The notes beneath the pieces are model-generated. The model worked only from the letters and a program-made list of their open reading frames with translations. It ran no database searches and was not told the origin of the DNA. A DNA stretch of 64,000 bases from Flectonema sp. DT1601 (lineage: Eukaryota), in assembly GCA_964019425.1 (NCBI GenBank), contig OZ025790.1, forward strand, positions 186,001-250,000, given 5' to 3'. Both the position numbers and the translations under genes were made by a program. Shown piece by piece: positions 34,058-44,639 of the stretch (its first letter is position 1; each line of letters starts with the position of its first letter).

Positions 34058-35858
34058 CTACCATGAGTTTTGGTTCATGGCAACAGTTAAAAGAGATTTC
34101 TGAAGCTGCTTCAAATCAGATAAAGAGTTGTCGTATTTAATAGAAATCATTCGACGAGATTGTTGTTCGAATTCAGAAATTATGATCGCTGCTGATGATT
34201 TTGAGATTGAATCCATCTGTCTTTCCACAAATCGAACTACCTGATCTTCAGCTGTTCTCATTCGATCATGAGATTCTTTATTCTCAAGCGACAGTTTCTT
34301 AACTTCTTCATTTAGTCTTCTTGTTTCAGATTGTTCTTCTTCCAATTGCTTTTCTATAGTTTGCCATTGTCTCTTCTTCTTTTTCAGTTCACGGAATTCA
34401 GCTACGTTGTATTCACACACACGACCATTGTTCTTTACTTCTCCTTCGAGAAGTATTATTTTTTGTGCAGATGATTTTATTTCTTGTTGAACGTCAGAAA
34501 GTCGTTTTTGAAATTCGTTCGTTAGAGTGCTTACGATTTCATCGTGTGATCGAATTGTTGCTTTTAGTTGTGATTGTTCCTGTTTTATTATTTATTTTTT
34601 AAAAAAATCTTGTTTTATTCATAAATAAATTTAAAAAAAATATCACACAAACCTTTGCCATGGACTGAATCGTACCCTTAGCATTTTCATATTGGTTTTC
34701 TAATTTATCTTTTTGAGTATCTGACGTTGAGAGTAGTGATTTCGTTGTCGAAAGTTGTTTTTTAATTTCAACAGCCTCATCTTCTTTTGGAAATCGTTTC
34801 ACCATCGTGAGGCATTCTTGTCGCATTCTCTCAGTTACGATAATTTTGTTACGAAGATCGAGGACTTCCAAGTCTGAGGATATGACGTGTTGACGAATAA
34901 TTTGAGACTCCGTTGAATAGAACTCTTGAAACAGAAATTGATATCCAAAAAGAATCTCATTTCTCTGAGTTGATTCATCCAGATGCAACGCAGATAATAA
35001 TTTCCCATCCATCAACAGTCCTTGTGCTGTGACAAGTTGTCTCAATGTATCGTTATTTAACTTTGTTTCATCTTGTAAACTCTGCCTAGCTCTTTTATAT
35101 TCCGTTCTTACATCCTGACACAATCGTTCCTTCAATTTGACATTCATTTTTGATAATTCTGTGAATGCTTCCGATTGAGTTTTATGTCGATTGTTTGCTT
35201 CGGATATTTGAACATATGAAGTTGAGAGTTTGCTGGCGCGCTGGATGTTAAATCGGGTCATCGACTCGAATGATAGCAAAGATTGAGTTGATATTAATAT
35301 TTTATATTGGTCGGAGGATATGTCAAAAGTAATACGAGAATACTCAGACATCAGTTCAGATCGCATCAACCTTTCCGTCATCCCGACAGACGACATCGCA
35401 ACTATAAATGCAAAGCAAGAAGACTCAGCCACTTCAATTTCTCGTCTTTCATACGCTTCATGAGAACCAAAATTTAATGAAAAACAGGTGCTTTCAAGTC
35501 GTAGGAGATCATCGAACGACGGCATTCTAGAATCAGGCGCATTAATATCAATATCAACAGGTGGAGCAATGGGGTATCCATGAGGCCATTCAAACATCGT
35601 ATCATAGAAAGGAGGAAATCCCATATATGCCCCAGCCATGTGATGATGATGGTGATGGTGATGGTGGTGATGATGATGGTGATGGCTCATCATTGGAGGA
35701 GGAGGTAACATCTCGGTCAACTCATTCTCTGGTGGTGTTAAATAAACTGCTCTCTCAGTTGACGATGAGTACACTGGAGGACACGAACTTGGTCTTTCCG
35801 GAGTTGCATCTTCGATTAGCGGCGGGGGTGAGTGGGACGGTGTCCCTGGTCGTTGCAT
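34058..35858 (-). CDS. Coiled-coil protein with poly-His tract; 2 exons (35858-34653, 34579-34058)
   Basis: ATG at 35858; a phase-0 GT-AG intron (34652-34580) joins ORF 34599..35867 to the frame of ORF 34058..34420 (…MAK|EQSQLKATIRSHDE…); ~575 aa. Confidence 0.8.
34580..34652 (-). other. cis-intron, 73 nt, GT-AG
   Basis: AAG|GTTTGT...AATAATAAAAACAG|GAA; removal restores a continuous reading frame. Confidence 0.8.
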
Positions 35859-36330
35859 GTAACCCACCCCTACTGTTTTATATACTAAATACTAATAATC
35901 TGACAATGACAGCCAATTATAAATAAAAAAAAACATAAAAAGAAAAAAAAAAACTACCTAACTAGCTTTCTTTCCGAAGCAAATCGAAGAGTAACAAGAA
36001 AAAAGAATAGACATACGGAGGGGGGGTCTATACTGTTTTTTTTTTATTTTTATTTTTTTTAGTATTAAGTACCGCACTGTAGCTAACATGCTACCGGCCT
36101 GCCGGTAACAGCATAGTCAGAAAACAGAATTCTCTCTCGTGGCTACGATTCCTTGCCTCAAACAAGCTGTAAGCTGCACTATTTTAGTTTTTTTTTTGTT
36201 CCCAATGGTAAACAAGACAAGCTCTTGTTATGTTCCCTTCTTCAAGAAGTTTTTGTGTGTTTTTGGTTTTTTACTTTTGTGAAATTGTAACAAGAACGTT
36301 ATTAGAAGTTGCAAAAAAAAAAAAAAAAAA

Positions 36331-36457
36331 CCATTCAAATAAGCCTTATATTTTGTTGATCGCAGCTAGTTTTACTGGCGCACAGGGAAATAGATAACAT
36401 GACATAATAAATAACGGCTCTTAATCTGAATAGTTTCTTCTCCGACTTCGTCGGTGC
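36331..36457 (+). repeat. Dispersed ~125-nt hairpin repeat, copy B (complete)
   Basis: ccattcaaataagccttatattttgttgatcgcagctag...cataataaataacggctcttaatctgaatagtttcttctccgacttcgtcggtgc, with A-runs on both sides. Confidence 0.9.
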
Positions 36458-37721
36458 AAAAAAAAAAAAAAAAAAAAAAATGAAAAATGCAATAAAAAAA
36501 TACTGCAACAAAAAAAATGAAACCACCTAACTGAAGAGGATGTCCGAAAACTCACGCTCTGTAAGGCAAACCTATGAGTGTGGAGGAAAAATAGAAATGA
36601 CCAAAGAAGGAAGAAAGAAATAAAAATAAAATAACCTGTGGCAGCACTAAAAGTCGGAGAGGCGAATTAATGCAATCCAGTACTGCCACCGTGATCGCTT
36701 ACATGTTCTAAAGACTTCCCAGAGGAACCACAGAATAGCAATGCGTACTTATTGAAATCTTCCTTTTACACGCGATGGGATACTTGTAACAGTGCCAGTG
36801 AGTCTTTTTTTTTTTTTTTTCCTTTTTTTTCTTTTTTCTTTTTTTTTTTTTTTTGGAAAAAAAAAGACAAAGAAAAAAAAAGGGGGGTGAAAAATCCTCA
36901 CTAATACCATCATATCAGCGAATGTTGCTGTCTCTCATACAAAGTAAGAACGAAAAAAAAAAGGGACACAAAGCAAGGAATTCGATATTGATTCTGCTTG
37001 TGGTAGTTCTTTTTACTAAATAATTGCATAAGCATTCAGTAAAATTACCGGTGAATGGGGAGTTGGAGTCACAAAACAAAACAGAATTACAAACCAGATT
37101 TTATTTTTTTCTTTTTTTTTTTTTTTTTCCCCCTCTCCAATTTTGGAAGCCAGAAAACCTTCTCATAAAAATATTTTTTAAAAAAAAAATAAAAAAAAAT
37201 AGACATGCCTGTGAGGCACGAAAAAATTAAAAATAATTTTTTTAACTTTTATCGACTTGAGAATAAAACACAGCACTCGCACATGATTATAATGAGGGGG
37301 TGGGGTTTTATGACAAAGCAACATGCGTATGCCATGATCGCTTACAGAAATAACCTATTGCGGTAAAAATCGTGTGTGTCAAGCTTGGGGAGAATGAGAG
37401 AGAAAAAAAAACGTATAATTTATAGTGTCTGGCAGCAAACCAAAGACAAACAGACCTCCTCACACACACAACTCACACACTTCTTTGATCATGTTTATTT
37501 ATTTAAAGGTTTCCTAATTTTTGTGTTTTCCTTTTTTTTTTTTCTATCTTTCGGAGAAGTCAGTTATCGTTAACAATTTTTAAAAAAAAAAAAAAAAGAG
37601 GAAAAAAAGGGGTGAAATCAAAGTACATCTTTTTTAATTTACTACTACAAAAGAAAGACAAAGAATAATCGTGTCTGATTCATAATCCACGATAATGTTA
37701 AAAAAAATATAAAAATAAAAT

Positions 37722-37854
37722 CCATTCAGATAACAGCCTTATATTTTGATGATCGCAAACGGTAATACTGAGCGCGCACAAGGGAAACAAGTAAACATGA
37801 CCATAATAAATCACGGCTCTTAATCTGAATAGTTTCTTCTCCATTCATCGGTGC
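37722..37854 (+). repeat. Dispersed ~125-nt hairpin repeat, copy C (complete), 70 nt past the Na+/H+ exchanger stop
   Basis: ccattcagataacagccttatattttgatgatcgca...cataataaatcacggctcttaatctgaatagtttcttctccattcatcggtgc + A-run. Confidence 0.9.
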
Positions 37855-37924
37855 AAAAAAAAAAAAAAAAAAAAAAAAAATACTACCAGTACCAAAATAT
37901 TAACAGCAGAAACGACTACGAGTG

Positions 37925-40900
37925 TCAAGGTTGTGGTGAATACCCTTGAGGAGGCACACCATGAGGACTCAACCCATGTGGACTTGCACTAGGTGTGTGA
38001 TATGAAGTGTATACAGGTGAACTATAAGTATAAGGTGAAGCACTATTATAAGGTGATCCCTGTTGGTTATATCCCTGATAAGGTGAACTTGATAAAAGTT
38101 CATTCATCTCATACGAGTCAGCGTTACTTTGACTTGCTTGTGATGAGGCTCGTTTAGCCCGTTCTACACGACGTTCTTCTTTGCGCTCTGCCTTCGCACG
38201 TTTCTTATCCTTACGGCGTTCTTTTCTTTTGATGTTTTCTGCATCCTCACCTCCAGAATTAGTTGATGGTTGTGACTGTGGTGGGATTGCAGGCGTGAAA
38301 TCAGGTTTTTTCTGAGTACGTCTTCCCAAAGGAGATCCAGGTCCCAACTTAGGATTCAAGTGATTGGTTGGTCTGTACAAATGCATTTCGTATTGTTTTT
38401 GCCATTCCAAAGCATTCGGGTTTGTACCCGCACCTGAAGCTTCGGCGCTGGGTAATGGAGCACCCATAGCAAGAGCTAAAGCATTTCTAACTGCGTGAGG
38501 TCCAATCAACCCCGCAATTGTACGCGTGGTTTTAATCCACGAGTGAAGCTTCTTCCAGAGTCGCTTTGCTTTTTCAGATGCGCTGAAAACGTCGTAGATT
38601 TTTATGACGATGGCGTCGCCCCAGAACAAACAAGACCTCGAGACTATGTCATCGAGCTTCATCGGTTCTTTAATTATTTCGGGTTTGTGTTCAGAAGATT
38701 TCGGGACTTCCGAGCATCGTCCATTAATTATAATGGCAATGTGACTACTTAGGTTGTGAGTAGTCTTTCCATCAGCTATAATGTCTTGTGATAATTCAGC
38801 AGTATGACCTAACTCTCTTACTCTTGTATCGTCCCATTGTGAGAATGGATGAGTACTTCCCAGAACGTGTTCACTAATTTGAACTCCAGCCTGAAGCCAC
38901 AACGCCTCTTCAGTTTCTTTTTCAGTAACAGCATCGTCGACACTGGTGGCTGCAAAAAACGCCGCAACCACTGCAGTCTCAGCAAATATTTCTGAGAATC
39001 TTGGAGAGTTGTTATTACCACACAACGTTGAGTGGAGATGACAACAGAAACCAGGTCCGAAATACTGAGCCTTACCTGCAATATGAACCCTAACAACACC
39101 AAGTGTGACACAGTAGAATCCTTCGGCTAAGAGACCCTTTTCACCGATAGTGTTTCCTTTCTCAAACTTCTCAACAGTGAATCGTCTGACTAAGTGTTGC
39201 TGTGATCCAGTTGTGTTAAACCATTTGAAGTCTGATAGAATCGAAAGTACTTCACTCGGTTTCTCAGCTGCTTTTAAATTATTATTCAAAGACTCCATTC
39301 GTCGCTCAACCTGATGTACCAGTTCATGAGTACCCTCCTCATCAATCATACCCTCATGCTCCATATGATGACAGTATGATCTTGCTAAGTTGAGAACTTC
39401 TCTAGAAGCATGTCTGGTCTTTATTGCTACAGCTACTTCAGGCATTTCCTTTGTGTACCAATCCAGGAGTCTCATTGCCTCAAGAATCTCTTTCTTGCAA
39501 TGTCTTGTTACGTTCACTGCTAGTTTCTTATCAAGCAATTTATTAACATTCTTAATACAGGCTTCATGAGCTGTTACGAATCCAATTGTTAAATCAAATG
39601 CTTCTGCCCAGGTTTTCTTCCTGGCATAGTTATTGAGACGGGATCGAACTAGAGGGAAAAGAGTTGTTCCGGTGGAGAGGGCTCTCCAGTACCAAACAAG
39701 TTGAAATTCTTCTTCTAAATCAGAACCGTATAGGTAACGAGATTCATCACTGGCATTAGTACTTAGAGCAGTTAGTTTACGTGAAGACATTCCTCCAAGG
39801 TTACCTTCTTCGTATTGATGAAGAACTGATTGTAATAATAGCTTACAATAAGCATCAACACATGCAATGTGATCTTCTGGAAGGACGATTTCTCTCGTGT
39901 CACTTGCATAAGGATTGTCTAACCCTGTGAATACCAATTCTCGTAATTTCTGCCAATTTGTATCAGCCAGTACCGGTCTTCTCATTAGGCCACGAATTTC
40001 TTTCTGAGTGTTTCCGATAAGTTTTGAATGAGCTTTTTGCATATTCAAACGTTTTGTTTCAGCAATTCGATCTAAACCCAACTTAGCAACAATCGGTTGT
40101 GTCGTAACACCGTTAACTAGAAGTGTGAGAACAACAATACCCGAACAGTGAAATAAAAACCTCGATCCTAAATCTGGATGCGAACACAAAATAGCACTAT
40201 CTCCAGCTACGATGAGACCTAAGGCAAGCCCAACAGCACCACGAAGACCTCCCCAAGTGACTAAAAGAGCATTTTTCCAGTCTAATTTGTATGGCAGCCT
40301 TGACAACACTGGCATGAATACGAATAACCCAAAACCTCTAATGCAATTAACACCTGCATATGTTATCATTAAATATCCGTAGTCGACTTCCGTAATACCA
40401 ACGAAGGCTTTCTTTGATACAATTAAACCAGCGAGAGCAAAGATTAACGTGTTGGTCATGAAAACGACGATTTCCCAAAAATGATGCATCGTGTGCTCAA
40501 CTTCAGGTGATATACATTGCTTGTGATATGATAAGTAACAACCGAATGCTACAAGACCGAGGACACCAGAGACGCCTAAGAATCCTTCAGCAACGAAAAA
40601 AGTCAGGTATGCAGCTGCGACAGTAACACTAACTTCTATGAGCTGATCGTTAAAAACTCCCTCAAGACAAAGTTTACAAATTACTCCAACGATCAAACCA
40701 ATAGCTGGTCCTCCCAAAGCAATTTTTACGAATTCTCCAAACATTTCCGGGGCGCTTAAACTAATCTGACCTGTCGGGACAGCATCTTTTAATATATTAA
40801 ACAGAGCAATAGCAGTACCGTCGTTGAATAACGATTCTCCCTCAATCATTGTGGAGATACTTGCACTTGCTCCAAGTTCTTTTAGCAAAGCAACAACAGC

Positions 40901-42076
40901 TACAGGATCTGTGGCACTTAAGACTGTTCCGAATAGAAAGCATGTAACCCAACTCCAGTCGTAGACCGTGAAAGCGAATTTTGCTAACAAACCAGTTAAG
41001 AAAGCAGATAATAATAGACCAGGTCCTGCGAGTAGTAAACATCCAACGAATACTTTTTTAAAAATATGATAGTCGGTAGCAAACGCAGATTCAAAAATCA
41101 ATATAGGAAGGAAGATGAAAAAGATTTCATGAGGATCCATATTCGCCAACCCGTCATAATTGGACAGAGGATATCCAAAACCTGTTGCGAACCCGAAACC
41201 AGTTCCCAACGAGAAGATTAAAACCGTGTAGGGAAGTCTTCGAATAATTGGAATTCGAGGTCCCCAATGACGGAAAAAAGCACCAACACCAAACGAACCT
41301 GTCACCAACAACACATTGTACGGTGGAGAATGAGCATGGGAATCACTATGACCACATGTCTGAACAATATAACAGGTTTCATCAACTGTCCCATCAGCGT
41401 GTGTTAATTTCTTTATTTGACAAGTATCCTTTGAATGAATGTGAAATGGATTTTCTTCACTTGGAGGACATCTACATAGCGCTCCGTGTTCAGCACCCGG
41501 GTCTTTAATATGGCAACTTTGTTCCCATTCACATTCATGAGCAAATTCATTATTCAGTCCCAGACATTGTGATCTGGCCTTTGCGTTTGTGTTGCAGACT
41601 ATGACTGCTGGTCTGCATCCACTCTTTGTACCTTCCCAAATGCAAATATCAGTTTGGGAACATTGTGTTCTGTTATAGAAATAGCAATGATCAGAAGCTT
41701 TTGGTGCAGCAGGAGCAGCAGGAGCAGAACCGCCGCCGCTGAGAACAGAAACAGCTCTTGAAGTTTCATTTTGTGGAGTTGATTCGTTTTTTGGTCCGAT
41801 TCTCCTCCATCCAGGAAGTGGTGGACCTGGTAAACGATTACTAAGTCTCACATCAACATCATATTGTGGTGATTCCATCATCCATTTTAGTTCTTCTTCG
41901 GAAGCTGCTCCATACTTGGTTTGTGTTTCCTTCATTGCATCATTTCGTAATTTCTGTACTTCCTCTCTTAACATCTTAACCTCATCTTCTAACGTTATCT
42001 CTGACAACACACTCGTGAAAAGTGAGAGCACTAGCATCATTCTTAGTGACGCGAGTACTCTAGTTGGGGGGCTCAT
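37925..42076 (-). CDS. CPA1-family Na+/H+ exchanger, SOS1/NHX7/SLC9C-like
   Basis: IFLPILIFESAF, FGTVLSATDPVAVVALLKELG, IEGESLFNDGTAI, WGGLRGAVGLAL, LTLLVNGVT; long cytosolic tail with a cyclic-nucleotide-binding-like segment (GFYCVTLGVVRV). First ATG at 42076 (MSPPTRVL). Confidence 0.93.
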   Translation of the reverse strand: MSPPTRVLASLRMMLVLSLFTSVLSEITLEDEVKMLREEVQKLRNDAMKETQTKYGAASEEELKWMMESPQYDVDVRLSNRLPGPPLPGWRRIGPKNESTPQNETSRAVSVLSGGGSAPAAPAAPKASDHCYFYNRTQCSQTDICIWEGTKSGCRPAVIVCNTNAKARSQCLGLNNEFAHECEWEQSCHIKDPGAEHGALCRCPPSEENPFHIHSKDTCQIKKLTHADGTVDETCYIVQTCGHSDSHAHSPPYNVLLVTGSFGVGAFFRHWGPRIPIIRRLPYTVLIFSLGTGFGFATGFGYPLSNYDGLANMDPHEIFFIFLPILIFESAFATDYHIFKKVFVGCLLLAGPGLLLSAFLTGLLAKFAFTVYDWSWVTCFLFGTVLSATDPVAVVALLKELGASASISTMIEGESLFNDGTAIALFNILKDAVPTGQISLSAPEMFGEFVKIALGGPAIGLIVGVICKLCLEGVFNDQLIEVSVTVAAAYLTFFVAEGFLGVSGVLGLVAFGCYLSYHKQCISPEVEHTMHHFWEIVVFMTNTLIFALAGLIVSKKAFVGITEVDYGYLMITYAGVNCIRGFGLFVFMPVLSRLPYKLDWKNALLVTWGGLRGAVGLALGLIVAGDSAILCSHPDLGSRFLFHCSGIVVLTLLVNGVTTQPIVAKLGLDRIAETKRLNMQKAHSKLIGNTQKEIRGLMRRPVLADTNWQKLRELVFTGLDNPYASDTREIVLPEDHIACVDAYCKLLLQSVLHQYEEGNLGGMSSRKLTALSTNASDESRYLYGSDLEEEFQLVWYWRALSTGTTLFPLVRSRLNNYARKKTWAEAFDLTIGFVTAHEACIKNVNKLLDKKLAVNVTRHCKKEILEAMRLLDWYTKEMPEVAVAIKTRHASREVLNLARSYCHHMEHEGMIDEEGTHELVHQVERRMESLNNNLKAAEKPSEVLSILSDFKWFNTTGSQQHLVRRFTVEKFEKGNTIGEKGLLAEGFYCVTLGVVRVHIAGKAQYFGPGFCCHLHSTLCGNNNSPRFSEIFAETAVVAAFFAATSVDDAVTEKETEEALWLQAGVQISEHVLGSTHPFSQWDDTRVRELGHTAELSQDIIADGKTTHNLSSHIAIIINGRCSEVPKSSEHKPEIIKEPMKLDDIVSRSCLFWGDAIVIKIYDVFSASEKAKRLWKKLHSWIKTTRTIAGLIGPHAVRNALALAMGAPLPSAEASGAGTNPNALEWQKQYEMHLYRPTNHLNPKLGPGSPLGRRTQKKPDFTPAIPPQSQPSTNSGGEDAENIKRKERRKDKKRAKAERKEERRVERAKRASSQASQSNADSYEMNELLSSSPYQGYNQQGSPYNSASPYTYSSPVYTSYHTPSASPHGLSPHGVPPQGYSPQP

Positions 42077-42472
42077 TGTTTTTCTTTTTTTTTTTTTTTT
42101 TTTTTTCTCCCTCACTCTTCAATTTAGGTTTTTTTTTATTGTTGTGCGTGTCCCAATCCACTGTAAAAAAAAGAAAAAACTGAAAGAATGAAAAAAAAAG
42201 GAAAAAAAAAAGTTTCCTTGAGCTCACTTGCTACATTATTGCTAACTGTGCGTACCTGTGACATGTAAAAAAAAAAGATACCTACGTAAAGAAAAATTTC
42301 ACTACCATAATAATTAAGTACAGTGTAACGATCAGCTAAAATGATATTTTTTTGAGCTGGTGTTTATTCATTATTTTTCCCCCCATTTTTTTTTATTTTT
42401 ATTTTTATAAAATTAAAGAAAACACAGAAACGAACAGTGTTTTTTTGTATTAACCATATGTGCCTGACCATT

Positions 42473-44242
42473 CTAATTAAACATAAGGTCGATGAATTCG
42501 GAAACTGTTTCAGGCAATTTTTCAGATAAAGAGACATAAGCAGACGGAGGAGGCTCTGATGATGTGCAACTCAAAAACTCTCCACACGTAGCAATTGCTG
42601 GAGATTTTTTACATTCCAAACAGACAAGATAACCACAAGTATCACACGTGACCATCTCAAAATAGATAAATGGAAAGTTTAAACAAGAATCACAACACTG
42701 AATTCTATGGATACGAGCACTGCTCCACTCATGTAAAGAATTCCACAAAGAAGGAGACAGTGACTTGGTATTAGTCAGTAAACAACATGAATGTGTTTTC
42801 TCATTACCTTTAACATTATTTGACAACACAACTGGATAAACATCCCAAAGTTTTCTTCCAGGATCAGTTCCCGTCCAAAGATGTAATTGATGGTGTTTCT
42901 CACTATCAAACAAACTACTCTGAAGAAGTCTTCTGAGACCTAAAAAATTACTACTTCCACTTTTATTACAATATTTTCGATAAGGACCTGAATGCTGTGC
43001 AGCTGTTCCCGTATATAACGTCGCAAGAGTGTCACCAGTGTGAGCAACTACTTCAGCTAATTGACACAAGAGAGACTCTGGAATGACATTTTCTAAAGCC
43101 ATTATAGTGGCTTTTCGTTCTAAAATGTCTGAAGCTTGTTTGAACATGATTGGATTATCGTTTTTGAGAAACATCGATACGACAGCAACGCAGATGTAGA
43201 AACAAGCAACGTTTGTTCTATCCAAAGAGTCCTTGCAATTTACTCTGAATATACAATCTTCTTGTAATGATGCTTTTAATGTTGTAAGGAGGGTTGCTGC
43301 TGCGTATTCGGTGCCGTTTTTCTCTGAGATGCCATGCCAATTAACATGAACAGTTTGCGACAGTGAGTTCATTTCCCGACATAAAGATGTTTCTACTCCA
43401 GTGTCCCTTAGCAGATTAATAAATTTTATTTTTTTATTTTTATATTTTTGCTCAAGTCTCTCATTGTATTCCTTTAATCCAATATCAGCATCCCTTCTGA
43501 GAGTTACAACCTCAAGTTCTTTGTTTAATGTTCGTTCAGAAAACCAATTTAAAGGAACCGTTCCTCTGATAAAAATATATTTCAACTTCCTTCCATCATC
43601 ACAAGTGATGTATAAAGTGCTCTCAGCTTCATTTGCTGGAACAGTTGAACCACAAAGCCCTCTCGCAAGTAGTCGAGTTCCCGGATTCTGAGGTGATTTT
43701 CTTGTTATTAAAGTGGTATTGCCTACTGTGATTGCAACTCCTTGAATAAGGTGCGGAATAGTTTTTTCAAATTGTTTTGGAAGTGAATTAAGATCACTTC
43801 TCATCCAAGAGTTCGTAGCGTATGTACAGTTATCATCTTCAATCGTTTCTTCAGTTGCATTGTGTAAGTCTACATCATCTGAATAGAAGTGATACCCACA
43901 AGGATCATATGTGGTCAACAATTTCACTAACGATTCATCATTTTTAGAAGCCGCATTCCCGTCAAGTTCGATCCTCGCCCAGACTATTTTTTTTATAGTG
44001 AAAATTTTTGCGTCTTCTACTTCGGCGGTTTTTTCGTTCTCTGTTAAGATTAACATGTGTCTGACGTTGCCGCATTTGAAAGTTCCCAAAAGTCGGATAC
44101 CAGAAGCAATGCAATCCCCACAATCTGAAGGGTTTTGGTTTCCTTCAGAGAATCGACCCGTAGCCTTATCTATTATTAAAGTCCCATTGTCGGTTACTAA
44201 AGTTCCTCGTCCATCTTTACTTTCGTACAATGAGACCGGCAT
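42473..44242 (-). CDS. SAC-domain phosphoinositide phosphatase, SAC9-like, with C-terminal Cys cluster
   Basis: PGTRLLARGL...PANEAES, FIRGTVPLNW and catalytic FRVNCKDSLDRTN (CX5R[T/S]); C-terminal CCDSC...CDTCGYLVCLEC. First ATG at 44242 (MPVSLY). Confidence 0.85.
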   Translation of the reverse strand: MPVSLYESKDGRGTLVTDNGTLIIDKATGRFSEGNQNPSDCGDCIASGIRLLGTFKCGNVRHMLILTENEKTAEVEDAKIFTIKKIVWARIELDGNAASKNDESLVKLLTTYDPCGYHFYSDDVDLHNATEETIEDDNCTYATNSWMRSDLNSLPKQFEKTIPHLIQGVAITVGNTTLITRKSPQNPGTRLLARGLCGSTVPANEAESTLYITCDDGRKLKYIFIRGTVPLNWFSERTLNKELEVVTLRRDADIGLKEYNERLEQKYKNKKIKFINLLRDTGVETSLCREMNSLSQTVHVNWHGISEKNGTEYAAATLLTTLKASLQEDCIFRVNCKDSLDRTNVACFYICVAVVSMFLKNDNPIMFKQASDILERKATIMALENVIPESLLCQLAEVVAHTGDTLATLYTGTAAQHSGPYRKYCNKSGSSNFLGLRRLLQSSLFDSEKHHQLHLWTGTDPGRKLWDVYPVVLSNNVKGNEKTHSCCLLTNTKSLSPSLWNSLHEWSSARIHRIQCCDSCLNFPFIYFEMVTCDTCGYLVCLECKKSPAIATCGEFLSCTSSEPPPSAYVSLSEKLPETVSEFIDLMFN

Positions 44243-44639
44243 GTCATATCGTTTTCTGTGATGTTTAATTAAATTCAGTTTTAGTAATGTCGTGTTATCA
44301 ACAAAGCAAAAGCATCTGTGCCCACTTTGCAATTGAATTGTGTTGTATCAGAAAGCTACTTGCGTATATTGTTTTGTACCAAATTCTGTACAAAAAAACT
44401 GAAAAACAAATAAGAATGTTGGTGAAAAATAATAAGAAACTTCTGAGCGAAGACGAAAGTAGCACGAAACTGAATAACAAACGGCACTCGACCAAAATTG
44501 AGAGAAGTGTACAAATGTAAAGCTACTGCACCACAGGATGAGCCAGGTACTCACTTTGACATCGTACGCGATGTTTGTACAGAACAAAATAACAAAATTA
44601 AATCTACCTTCAACACAGCTACATCAGTAAGTCTCCACC

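Noticed and set aside
36331..36457. Resemblance of the dispersed repeat to a Cas9 tracrRNA scaffold (aaaatataaggct; gtcggtgc)
   Set aside because: The two short motifs are not in the tracrRNA order on one strand, and no Cas/TnpB/Fanzor ORF or CRISPR array is present; treated as coincidence.
8911..36805. Shared 14-mer agtgccagtgagtc at ~8911 and ~36792
   Set aside because: No similarity extends beyond the core; compatible with chance.
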